This document shows positions 9,648 through 18,670 of a stretch of DNA of 50,968 bases, piece by piece. The notes under the pieces are model-generated. The model had not been told where the DNA came from and ran no database searches. It saw only the letters and a list, made by a program, of their open reading frames with translations. Source of the stretch: an uncultured Candidatus Saccharibacteria bacterium (GTDB taxonomy: Bacteria > Patescibacteriota > Doudnabacteria > UBA920); assembly GCA_964631145.1 (NCBI GenBank), contig CAZVXT010000001.1:1-50968 (forward strand). The letters are read 5' to 3'. The number at the start of each line of letters is the position of its first letter. Position 1 is the first letter of the stretch. The translations under genes and the position numbers were made by a program.

Positions 9648-12600
9648 TTATGGAGTAGTTTCTCCACCATCTGGGACACCAGATCCTACTGCAAATAAGT
9701 AAGGAGGTGTGTACACAGCAAGGTTTCGCTGATCGGACTGAATATTGGCTGTATTTTGGAATCTGTATAATGTACCAGCACCACCACCAGGATTACTTAT
9801 AGTTGCTGTCATGATAATACTACAAACCCCGCTTGGAGCAATATTACTTACAGAAAAAGTCTTAGTACCAGCATTAAATCCTGTTACACAATTACCACTA
9901 GAACTTACATATGACAGATTTGATAAATTAGTTGTAGTATCAACTACTCGAACATTGGTTAAAGTTTGGTTTCCAGTATTACAAATATTAACTTTAAATT
10001 TAACTGTATCGCCTGTTTTCAACAACCGATTACTTGGCAATTGATAAACATCAGACTGACCATTACAATCTACTGCGGTAGACCCAGAAGTGTTTGCATT
10101 TACTTGAATCAAATCTTTATCTGACACAGAGATATTAGAACTACATGTAACAGGAACAATCGGTGTTACCGAAGCATCTACTTTAACAGATTCAGAAACA
10201 CCTATATAAGCAGAGACCGCATAATAGTTTGAACCATTTGGATTGAGAGGAGCCAAATCAGTAACGCTATAAGTAGATCCATATAATACATTTGCCCCTA
10301 GTTGTTGCCACGCATCTGTAGTAGCAGCTCTTCTATAAACCTTAAATCCTTCTGGAGCTGGACCGGTTCCTGATATAGTCCAATTAATTTGTATCGTACC
10401 GCAAGCAACGCTTCCACCAGAATTTACATCATTAACAGATGGGGGTGGATTAGGTGGCTGTGGTTGATTAACAACAAAGTTAACAGCGCAAGTATGAGTC
10501 TGTCCACCTCCAGTACCTGTAAATGTAATTGTATAAGTTCCTAAGGTTGTACTTGTGGTAGTCGACACTACAGCTGTCGTCGCGGCACTAGGCACTGCTC
10601 CATTATTGGTATAACTAACTATTGGAAGAGTTCCTGTGTTTGGGCTAAAACTATGGCTAAATGTAACTGCAGAACTAAATCCACTTAAAGCAGTAGTAGA
10701 AAGATTGAAAGAACTTGTAGAACCTGCAGCAACAGTTTGAGTAGCAGGAGTACAACTTACACTAAAGTCTGGGTTAACATTTACAGTTACTGTGTCAGTG
10801 GCACTACCACCAGGACCAGAACAGCTTAAAGTATATGTTGTAGTAGTTGTAAGATTGCCCGATGACTGGCTTCCTGATGTACCGCTTGCCGATAAAGGAC
10901 TGACTGTGCAAGATGTAGCAGCAGTAGATGTCCAACTAATAGTAGCTGCTGTATTATAAGATACATTAATTGGACCATCCGAACTATTGGCTTTTATATC
11001 TGCTGTTGGAGCAACAGTATTAACTATGAACGTGACATTGCAAGAATGACTTTTTCCACCTCCAGTACCTGTAAATGTAATTGTATATGTCCCTGGTGTT
11101 GTGTATAAACCTGTCCAGACATTTACGTAAGTAGTAGCGCTTGGCACAGCCCCATTATTACCATATGTAACCGTTGGAAGAGTTCCTGTGTTTGGACTAA
11201 AGCTATGGCTAAATGTAACTGCAGAGCTATAACCGTTTTGTGCTGTGGTTGTTAAGTTAAATGTACCTGTCCCACCTAAATTTATAGTCTGCGAAGTTGG
11301 AGTACAATTGATTGTAAAGTCTGGGACATTAATCACATTTACCGTTACTGTATCAGTGGCACTACCACCAGGACCATTACAAGTTAGCGTATATGTTGTC
11401 GAAACTGTTAAAGATCCAGAAGACTGGCTTCCTGATGTACCACTTGCCGATAAAGGACTGACTGTGCAAGATGTAGCAGCAGTAGATGTCCAACTAATAG
11501 TAGCTGCTGTATTATAAGATACATTAATTGGACCATCCGAACTATTGGCTTTTATATCTGCTGTTGGAGCAACAGTATTAACTATGAACGTGACATTGCA
11601 AGAATGACTTTTTCCACCTCCAGTACCTGTAAATGTAATTGTATATGTCCCTGGTGTTGTGTATAAACCTGTCCAGACATTTACGTAAGTAGTAGCGCTT
11701 GGCACAGCCCCATTATTACCATATGTAACCGTTGGAAGAGTTCCTGTGTTTGGACTAAAGCTATGACTAAATGTGACTGCAGAACTATAACCGTTTTGGC
11801 TTGTAGTGCTAATATTAAACGAAGCACTACCACCAGCAGAAATTGTTTGAGTTGAAGGAGAACATGTAAAGGTAAAGTCTGGGGTACCTGTAACAGTTAC
11901 AGTTACACTTTGCGTTGCGCTGTTTGTAGATAAAGCACCGCTACAATATAAAGTGTATGTATAAGTGCCAGGGGTATTTAGAGCTCCTGTAGATGCAGTA
12001 TAAGTTGTTCCGGGAGTACTAGATTTTGCACCGCTCCATGAACCTCCTGCTGTACATGCAGAACCACTATTTGTCGCAGTTGGTGTCCAAGATAATGTTG
12101 CAGACTGACCTACGGTTAAACTCGACGCATTAGATCCATTAACCTGAAGCACAACTGTTGGTTGCTGGTATATAGCCAAGTCTGTAGAAGTTTGCAAAGT
12201 GATTGCAGCGTTAACAACTAAATTAACCGAGCATGTATGGGTTTGTCCTCCGCCAGTACCTGTAAATGTAATTGTATATGTTCCTGCAGCCAGACCCGCT
12301 CCTGTTGTAACTGTTGCTGTAGTGGTCGCATTAGGAGCGGCACCATTGTTGGTATAGCTTATACTCGCTGATACTCCTGGGTTAGGGTTCATATTATGAG
12401 AAAAACTTACCCCACTAGAAAACCCACTTAACGCTGATGTAGATAAATTATATGAAGCAGAACTGCCTGGGTTAATTGTCTGTGTTGAAGGACTGCATGA
12501 TAAAGCAAAGTCTGGGGTTGAACCAGCAGAAAAAGTTAAAATAATAGTGTTTGTCTCAGTTATTCTATCTACATTATAATCAGTAGCATCGCAATTAGCT

Positions 12601-12998
12601 GTTAATTCAACAACATCATCTAATGATTGCAGTGTGTAGGTTGTGTTTAAATGACCAGCTGATCCATAGTTATATATATTAAAACCTCTATATTCGCCAT
12701 TAGGCATAATGGCATATGCATCTTGCAATGAATAATTTAAGGTATCAATGTTTGCATCTAGTTCAAAGGTATCACCCGCTATAAAATTAGAAAAGTCAAC
12801 ACTATTAATTTGATATATAGTTCCTTCATAATAGCTCTGTTGAGCCCCGGTTCTCAAATTTTTAACATAACCATTAAAGGCTTCGTTACAACCACCTTCT
12901 GCCAAAGCTTTGTTTACATTAAAGACAGAGAATGCTTGCAGTACTAAAATAAAAATAAATAATATTTTTAATATTTTAACTATCATGGACAAATACAC
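9648..12998 (-). CDS. Large secreted/surface Ig-like repeat protein (4 Cys-bounded modules, PKD-like spacers, FN3-like and DUF11-like C-terminal domains); likely start ATG at 12986
   Basis: Signal peptide ending ALA-E. Four PDF..SC.P.TQT...GTYTITFTGTGGG...C.V...VN modules. GDTVKFKVNICNTGNQTLTNVRVVD resembles DUF11. Confidence 0.85.
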   Translation of the reverse strand: MYLSMIVKILKILFIFILVLQAFSVFNVNKALAEGGCNEAFNGYVKNLRTGAQQSYYEGTIYQINSVDFSNFIAGDTFELDANIDTLNYSLQDAYAIMPNGEYRGFNIYNYGSAGHLNTTYTLQSLDDVVELTANCDATDYNVDRITETNTIILTFSAGSTPDFALSCSPSTQTINPGSSASYNLSTSALSGFSSGVSFSHNMNPNPGVSASISYTNNGAAPNATTTATVTTGAGLAAGTYTITFTGTGGGQTHTCSVNLVVNAAITLQTSTDLAIYQQPTVVLQVNGSNASSLTVGQSATLSWTPTATNSGSACTAGGSWSGAKSSTPGTTYTASTGALNTPGTYTYTLYCSGALSTNSATQSVTVTVTGTPDFTFTCSPSTQTISAGGSASFNISTTSQNGYSSAVTFSHSFSPNTGTLPTVTYGNNGAVPSATTYVNVWTGLYTTPGTYTITFTGTGGGKSHSCNVTFIVNTVAPTADIKANSSDGPINVSYNTAATISWTSTAATSCTVSPLSASGTSGSQSSGSLTVSTTYTLTCNGPGGSATDTVTVNVINVPDFTINCTPTSQTINLGGTGTFNLTTTAQNGYSSAVTFSHSFSPNTGTLPTVTYGNNGAVPSATTYVNVWTGLYTTPGTYTITFTGTGGGKSHSCNVTFIVNTVAPTADIKANSSDGPINVSYNTAATISWTSTAATSCTVSPLSASGTSGSQSSGNLTTTTTYTLSCSGPGGSATDTVTVNVNPDFSVSCTPATQTVAAGSTSSFNLSTTALSGFSSAVTFSHSFSPNTGTLPIVSYTNNGAVPSAATTAVVSTTTSTTLGTYTITFTGTGGGQTHTCAVNFVVNQPQPPNPPPSVNDVNSGGSVACGTIQINWTISGTGPAPEGFKVYRRAATTDAWQQLGANVLYGSTYSVTDLAPLNPNGSNYYAVSAYIGVSESVKVDASVTPIVPVTCSSNISVSDKDLIQVNANTSGSTAVDCNGQSDVYQLPSNRLLKTGDTVKFKVNICNTGNQTLTNVRVVDTTTNLSNLSYVSSSGNCVTGFNAGTKTFSVSNIAPSGVCSIIMTATISNPGGGAGTLYRFQNTANIQSDQRNLAVYTPPYLFAVGSGVPDGGETTP
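10864..11798 (-). repeat. 558-nt-period intragenic tandem duplication (186 aa)
   Basis: 10885-11207 is identical to 11443-11765. Confidence 0.95.
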
Positions 12999-13119
12999 TA
13001 ATTATTTTAAATTCTTTGAAAATTTATAATTTAATTGTACCACAAATTTGCCATAAAGTAATTTATTTAGCTGATTATTACAAATAAAAAAGACAAGGAT
13101 TTAAACCTTGTCTTAAATA

Positions 13120-13710
13120 TTATTTAGATAAAGCGACTTGCTCATCTAATATTGTAGATTTCAAAAAAACCTTAGACTCTACAGAATCCATACAACCTTT
13201 ATTACTAAATAATTTATTGTAAGATTTTTGCCTTTCATAAGCAAACCGTTCGTCTGCTATACCCTGTTTATGAATTAATTCATGACCAATCAAAGATACT
13301 AATGAATAAACGATGTCTGGGTATTTACAGCTAAATTCTGATTTTTCTAAATAATTATCATATTCTTCTTCCCAAGCCAAAAATTTATTATAGTCATTTT
13401 TTTCTCGGACTATATAAATAGGAAACAAACCTGTTTTAGTAAAGGCTTTTGCGGTTTTTAGTTTTTGCAAATCTTTATCTGTGCATTTCTCATCTAAACA
13501 AAAACGTTCTATATTATTAACGATAACAATATTACCAAGCAATATTTGATTAAAATCTGCCTTAATATGAGGCATATCATTTAAGACCTTTAAAGCATCT
13601 TTTACAATTTCAGGGTTTTTGTCACCTGTAATAGTTGCTGGCTCTCCTCCATTTACACCTGCAATAAAAAACATTATAAGAAACATTCCGAAAAATAAAA
13701 CTCTTAACAT
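13120..13710 (-). CDS. Secreted zincin-like metalloprotease candidate
   Basis: Hydrophobic N-terminus; HELIH (HExxH) followed by DERFAYE; own promoter, AGGAGG SD and terminator (13090-13114). Confidence 0.65.
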   Translation of the reverse strand: MLRVLFFGMFLIMFFIAGVNGGEPATITGDKNPEIVKDALKVLNDMPHIKADFNQILLGNIVIVNNIERFCLDEKCTDKDLQKLKTAKAFTKTGLFPIYIVREKNDYNKFLAWEEEYDNYLEKSEFSCKYPDIVYSLVSLIGHELIHKQGIADERFAYERQKSYNKLFSNKGCMDSVESKVFLKSTILDEQVALSK

Positions 13711-13775
13711 AACAACCTCCTTACTGAAATTAATCAGTTTTTTTCAAAGATTTAGTCTTACGACTTTGTGAGCAT

Positions 13776-13804
13776 AGTATACATAATTTCTATACAAATG
13801 TCAA
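13776..13804 (-). promoter_or_regulatory. Consensus sigma70-type promoter TTGACA-17-TATACT for the 13710 gene
   Basis: Direct reading of the minus strand. Confidence 0.8.
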
Positions 13805-13820
13805 GAGCTAAGATTGTTAC

Positions 13821-13863
13821 TAAATAATAAAAGCACTCAATATAGATAAGTGCTTTGTTTAAA
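13821..13863. repeat. 43-bp imperfect direct repeat / terminator, left copy
   Basis: taaataataaaagcactcaatatagataagtgctttgtttaaa; the last 18 nt are identical to the copy at 16600-16641. Confidence 0.8.
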
Positions 13864-13864
13864 T

Positions 13865-14995
13865 TCAAAATTCTAAACCAAATATATGATTAAGAAACCA
13901 AAGATCAAAATCACCTGGAACCTTATATGATCTAATAATCTTAAACATTCTATTCAAGTAATCTCGATTTAATATAGTAGCCACCTCATCTATCTCTACT
14001 TTATGGTCATTAGATATATTTTTTTGCAAATATTTAATACATAATTTAACATAATGCAGATCTTTGAGCATAATAGCTGATTCATTTGAATTCCATTTAG
14101 AACTTAGTGCTAATAATCCCCTAATTTCGTTTACATTGCTAAATATATCAAACACTGATTCTAGTTGTAAATTTTTGTGCAAGGCATCAGTTTTGTTACA
14201 CCGAAGAAGTGGATGAATAATAAATCTAAACCTTAAATTTTTTTTCAACATTTGTGTAATCAAGACAACCCTAATCGCTTTATTAAGATTATTAGGTGAC
14301 AAAACCATCACAATTTCATCTACAGACTGAGGTGCGATAAAATTAATATATGTGGACCAAATAAATTCTGTATCATAACTTATTTTTCTTTGACTTCGAG
14401 AAATAATATATGGAAATTCACATAGCGAATAATAATCCTTTTCTGCTTGTAATTTATATTTTGACGGTAATATAATATTTAAATCTGTATTTGCATCAAA
14501 ATTTAAGATTTTTACACTTTGTTTTTTAAAGTCTAATCTCTGCATGCAAAACTTGCACTTTGGATCACTAGATGTTCCTACTACTAAATTTTTATTACTA
14601 TTATTTATAAAAAAATATTTTTCTAAAAAACTTATAGGTATTTCTACCTTACCACATTTACACCAAGCCATATCTAATTCTTTGCTTTCAATAAAATTAT
14701 TACTATTTAACAACTGTAAACATTCCTTGAAATAATATTTAAATTTTAAAGAGCCATCGTGATCAGCTGTATTAAAATTTATATACAAAGTGTTTAATTG
14801 TTTTTTGTATAGTTCAAATAACAATTGTTGCTTTTTACTATCAAAAGTTGTTTTCATACCCACAGTATTGCAAAACATAAAAAATGGCGTATGACTTACT
14901 CGTGAAATAACATCTGCAATAAAAGGTGTATAGAACCTTAAAAGTGGAGATGACGAAGAAGGTGTAATAGGCAAAGTCGTAATTATTCTATTCAT
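13865..14995 (-). CDS. Class I aminoacyl-tRNA synthetase (MetRS-like) catalytic-fold paralog with degenerate HIGH/KMSKS
   Basis: Colinear with MetRS landmarks by eye: IITTLP, FIADVISR, Zn-knuckle WCKC...CKFC, IISR, HPLLRC, EIRGLL. HIGH and KMSKS are absent. Confidence 0.6.
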   Translation of the reverse strand: MNRIITTLPITPSSSSPLLRFYTPFIADVISRVSHTPFFMFCNTVGMKTTFDSKKQQLLFELYKKQLNTLYINFNTADHDGSLKFKYYFKECLQLLNSNNFIESKELDMAWCKCGKVEIPISFLEKYFFINNSNKNLVVGTSSDPKCKFCMQRLDFKKQSVKILNFDANTDLNIILPSKYKLQAEKDYYSLCEFPYIISRSQRKISYDTEFIWSTYINFIAPQSVDEIVMVLSPNNLNKAIRVVLITQMLKKNLRFRFIIHPLLRCNKTDALHKNLQLESVFDIFSNVNEIRGLLALSSKWNSNESAIMLKDLHYVKLCIKYLQKNISNDHKVEIDEVATILNRDYLNRMFKIIRSYKVPGDFDLWFLNHIFGLEF

Positions 14996-15054
14996 AATTT
15001 CCTCCTAACTATGTGATTTGATACAATAGTACTAAATCAACAAATTTTGTCAAT

Positions 15055-15765
15055 ATGAAAACCTTACTAAAAAACTTCTATCACAATAAATGCTATGTCG
15101 AATATCTGCTAAACGAATCCAGCAATGCAATTATTTTACTAGATGGATTACCAACCAAAATTCAACGCGAAAAATTAATTTTTGAATTATCTAAATATGG
15201 TTATTCAGTATTTTATCCTCACTATATAGGAACTTGGAAGAGTAAAGGAGAATTTCTAGATCACCCCCCTACCAAAGAAATAGATGATTTGATTACGTTA
15301 CTTCTTAACAATTTTAAAGAAAACAAAAAAATTTTGCAGATCAATATTATTTCTTCTAGTTTTGGATCAGCTATAGCATCTTGTTTATCAAACATGGAAT
15401 TTATAAATAAATCTGTATTACTCTCGCCGGTTTTAGATTTTACAAAAGTTCATGGCATTTCTACTTTAGAACAATATTTAAGGGATAATTATAAAAATGA
15501 ATACCGCTTCAAATCTTACAATTGGGAAAAGCTAGTAAACAACCAAATCATTAACCCAGCAAACGTCCTTAAAAATTCTAATTTTAAAACAAAATTTAAA
15601 ATTTTCGCAGGAAAAGAAGATGTGCAAATAGATATTAATTATTTAAAAAAATTTTCAAAAAATAATAACATTGCTTTTGAAAATATAAAAAATATAGGAC
15701 ACTTATCTTATTCTAAAATAGATAAACCAATGCTTGAGAAGATATTAAAATGGCTAAAATCTTAG
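15055..15765 (+). CDS. Alpha/beta hydrolase
   Basis: LLDGLP oxyanion segment, GYSVFYPHYIGTWKSKG, nucleophile elbow SSSFG, GKED acid, IGH His. Confidence 0.8.
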   Translation: MKTLLKNFYHNKCYVEYLLNESSNAIILLDGLPTKIQREKLIFELSKYGYSVFYPHYIGTWKSKGEFLDHPPTKEIDDLITLLLNNFKENKKILQINIISSSFGSAIASCLSNMEFINKSVLLSPVLDFTKVHGISTLEQYLRDNYKNEYRFKSYNWEKLVNNQIINPANVLKNSNFKTKFKIFAGKEDVQIDINYLKKFSKNNNIAFENIKNIGHLSYSKIDKPMLEKILKWLKS

Positions 15766-16479
15766 CCTTTTATTTTTGTACAATTGTAAGTAATTAAAAT
15801 ACAGTTCCGTTTTTATTTCTAACCAATGATTAGATTTTATATCGCTATATTGAATAAATAGCAATTTCTTAATTTTAGATGAAAAGATTTGAGATTTTGC
15901 AATATATTTTTCAATAATTTCTAGGTGAGAATACATGTTTATATCAGAATATGAAATATTATTTTCTATTAACATCATATCTATACATATGCGCATAATA
16001 TATTTTCGAAAAAATATTTTCCATTTATCATCACTACTATATAAATAACTTTTATTAAGCCTCCAAAAATATTCTTCGATTTGAAAAAGCAAGGACTGCT
16101 CTTCCTTATGCTTATCCAAAAAGTTAAGCTTATTTAAAAAATAGTTATTTCCGATAATACTTTGAGCAGTCGCCAAATACTTAAAGAAAAAAGTGCCATG
16201 GTTTCCATGTTGAAAATTTTTTACCCCTTTAACTTCTATAATACTTTTATACTGCAACGAAATATCGACTATATTATATGATTGCAAACAAGCTCTTAGT
16301 TTTATTAAGTCGTCGTCATGAGGTAGATCTAATAATAAATAAAAGTCCAAATCTGAATCTTGGGTAGTATTTTTATTCGTTGCTCCAGATCCATAAAATA
16401 GAAAGTCTACAACCCTATCTTTACCATACAGACTAACCACTTCTTTTATAAACCTATCTAAAAAAAATTCTTTTGGCAT
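15754..16479 (-). CDS. Pol-beta superfamily nucleotidyltransferase with helical C-terminal domain
   Basis: FLFYGS...DSDLDFYLLLD signature. Confidence 0.8.
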   Translation of the reverse strand: MPKEFFLDRFIKEVVSLYGKDRVVDFLFYGSGATNKNTTQDSDLDFYLLLDLPHDDDLIKLRACLQSYNIVDISLQYKSIIEVKGVKNFQHGNHGTFFFKYLATAQSIIGNNYFLNKLNFLDKHKEEQSLLFQIEEYFWRLNKSYLYSSDDKWKIFFRKYIMRICIDMMLIENNISYSDINMYSHLEIIEKYIAKSQIFSSKIKKLLFIQYSDIKSNHWLEIKTELYFNYLQLYKNKRLRF

Positions 16480-16599
16480 TTAATAAAATTTTTAATTTAA
16501 AATAAGCAATTTTTAACCTATTTATATCATTTTATATGCCTAAATGCAAAGTCTATCGTATGATATTTAGCAATATCAATACAATATGATGCAATAGAT

Positions 16600-16641
16600 T
16601 AAATAACAAAAACACTTATATAAATAAGTGCTTTGTTTAAA
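16600..16641. repeat. 43-bp imperfect direct repeat / terminator, right copy
   Basis: taaataacaaaaacacttatataaataagtgctttgtttaaa. Confidence 0.8.
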
Positions 16642-16643
16642 AT

Positions 16644-17162
16644 TTAAACTATTAACTGCAGATCTTTTATTGGTTTTATCTCATGGACATAACCTGATTG
16701 CAAACTTTCATTAGTATCCCCCGAAACCATTGGCGGCGAAACATAATATATCCCCTGAAAAGGATAATGAGCATACTTCTTCATATCCGCATTGGCAAAA
16801 GCTTGATCCGCTGTTTTTTTATTCATATAGCCTTGGATTATCAAAACAATATTTTTCATATCAATCTGTTGTTCTGTAAATTTATTAAATTTTCTATCTA
16901 TAGCTTCTAGAGTTGGTCTACGGGAATAATCCTGACTAACACCTTCGTATGCAATAAAAGAATTTTCAATAGCATAGGTTAACTGTAAATCTAAATGAGG
17001 AAATTGTTTTAACCTAGAAACCAAATGCATATCCACGGCAGAATACTCTGTAAATTCGGGAACAACTTCATAGTCAGTAAAATATTTATGATTTAAATAC
17101 TTTACAAAAACTTTTGTCCAAATCAACTCTGTATTCTTTTTGATATTTATATTAATGCCCAT
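16644..17162 (-). CDS. Hypothetical protein, possible PD-(D/E)xK nuclease-like fold
   Basis: E...VD(x11)LQLT pattern and AIDRKFNK helix; weak, by eye only. Overlaps the LOG stop by 11 nt. Confidence 0.45.
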   Translation of the reverse strand: MGININIKKNTELIWTKVFVKYLNHKYFTDYEVVPEFTEYSAVDMHLVSRLKQFPHLDLQLTYAIENSFIAYEGVSQDYSRRPTLEAIDRKFNKFTEQQIDMKNIVLIIQGYMNKKTADQAFANADMKKYAHYPFQGIYYVSPPMVSGDTNESLQSGYVHEIKPIKDLQLIV

Positions 17163-18042
17163 TTACTTTGCGGTTAGCAGAAATTTTTTGAATGCGCTTG
17201 ATTTCTTCTGGATCGTCCACATCACAAGCATCCTTCATTCTAACACCAGATCGTTTTTGACTTAATGCATCTTGAGCACGAGAAGGCAAGCCATGCTTAT
17301 ACTCATCAATAACTCTTTTTATATATCGCAACGCCTCTTCTGCGCTATCAACCAAATGATAAAGTTTAGTATCTTCTTCCGATATCGCACCATCTTTTTG
17401 ATACATTGTTTTCTCAATCCATCTTAGCAATGGCTTCCAAAACTCTTTATTTACCAAAACAATTGTAATAGGTGATACTTTTTTTGTCTGCACTAAAGTG
17501 AGCATTTCAAACAATTCATCCATCGTTCCAAAACCTCCAGGGAAAAACACATAAACCTGTGAAGCAGAAGCCAGCATTACTTTTCTTGTAAAAAAGTAAT
17601 GGAAAGAAGATGCTTCATTTACATAAGGATTAATACGCTGTTCATGTTCAAGTTGTATATTAAGCCCCACAGATTCTCCGCCAGCTTTTGCAGCTCCTTT
17701 ATTAGCAGCCTCCATTACCCCAGGTCCACCACCCGTAACAACTGCGAAGCCTTCTTGGGTTAACCAATAAGCAAGCTTTGTAGCGTCTTTATAAACTTTA
17801 TGATCAAAGCCGCATCTTGCAGAGCCAAAAATAGTGACAGCTTTTTTGTAATGACGAATAAATTTATACCCTAAGATTAGCTCGTTCATAATTCTAATTA
17901 ATCTTCGAGTAGAAAAGCCGCCTTTTTGAATACTCATTAATTCGTCAATTTGACCAGTGCTCCACGCTACAGAATCCGAATCTATATTTTTAGGCAAAAT
18001 TGCTTTTACCTGCCCATGTTTCTTTTTATTTATCTTCTTCAT
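17152..18042 (-). CDS. LOG family (TIGR00730-type) Rossmann-fold nucleotide phosphoribohydrolase
   Basis: VTIFGSAR, TGGGPGVMEAANKGA, FFTRKVML, PGGFGTMDELFE. Confidence 0.93.
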   Translation of the reverse strand: MKKINKKKHGQVKAILPKNIDSDSVAWSTGQIDELMSIQKGGFSTRRLIRIMNELILGYKFIRHYKKAVTIFGSARCGFDHKVYKDATKLAYWLTQEGFAVVTGGGPGVMEAANKGAAKAGGESVGLNIQLEHEQRINPYVNEASSFHYFFTRKVMLASASQVYVFFPGGFGTMDELFEMLTLVQTKKVSPITIVLVNKEFWKPLLRWIEKTMYQKDGAISEEDTKLYHLVDSAEEALRYIKRVIDEYKHGLPSRAQDALSQKRSGVRMKDACDVDDPEEIKRIQKISANRKVNGH

Positions 18043-18109
18043 AATACTTTAATTTTATCATGAAGTTTATGGCAAATAAATAAAAACCCGCCGGAGCGGG
18101 TTTTATACT

Positions 18110-18625
18110 CTAGTTTTTAGTTTCTACTTTTTTTGGAGCAGTAGGGGTTTCGGTGTAATTAATACTTACTGTTTTGATATTAAAAGCAGTGTTATTATCA
18201 ATTGAAATCTGCAAACTTGCTTCGTCTTTGGTGCCAAAAATCATTTTATAATTATTTTGATCAACAGTGCTCTGTACTTTATACCCTGCTTTAGATAAAT
18301 AATTTTTATATATTGTTAGATTTTCATCTAAAGTTTTTTTGGTTTCAAATACTCTTGTTGCCTGAAATCTTCCATCTTGTGCAGTAGCATTATAGTTTTG
18401 AGTAATCTTTGCCCCAGATTCTATAGGTATATCTGCTGGAAATTTTTCTGGGTTTTTATTTACATCAACATCTTGCTTCTTTACTAAATTATTTTGAGAA
18501 GTTTGAGTTTGAACAGTTGTTGGCTGTTTCTTCTTTACTACAAACATCATGAGAAGAGAGATTACCACAATTAATAAAATAACTGCGATAAAACCAAAAA
18601 ATATTTTTTTAAATTGGTCGGACAT
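18110..18625 (-). CDS. Hypothetical membrane-anchored exported protein
   Basis: Single N-terminal TM helix, FPADIPI motif, soluble C-terminal domain. Confidence 0.75.
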   Translation of the reverse strand: MSDQFKKIFFGFIAVILLIVVISLLMMFVVKKKQPTTVQTQTSQNNLVKKQDVDVNKNPEKFPADIPIESGAKITQNYNATAQDGRFQATRVFETKKTLDENLTIYKNYLSKAGYKVQSTVDQNNYKMIFGTKDEASLQISIDNNTAFNIKTVSINYTETPTAPKKVETKN

Positions 18626-18670
18626 TTTTGTTTCTTAATTAGTTAACTTTTTTATATTATATCATGACTA

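Noticed and set aside
311-11798. Diversity-generating retroelement (TR/VR) explanation for the intragenic repeats
   Set aside because: Differences between copies are mostly synonymous and not adenine-specific, and there is no reverse transcriptase in the window.
15754-16479. CBASS CD-NTase
   Set aside because: It has the GS...DxD motif, but at 241 aa it is short, and there is no adjacent Cap effector or Cap2/3. Kept only as a generic Pol-beta NTase.
13821-16641. Integron attC sites
   Set aside because: Repeats are ~43 bp (shorter than attC), lack proper RYYYAAC/GTTRRRY boxes, and no IntI is present.
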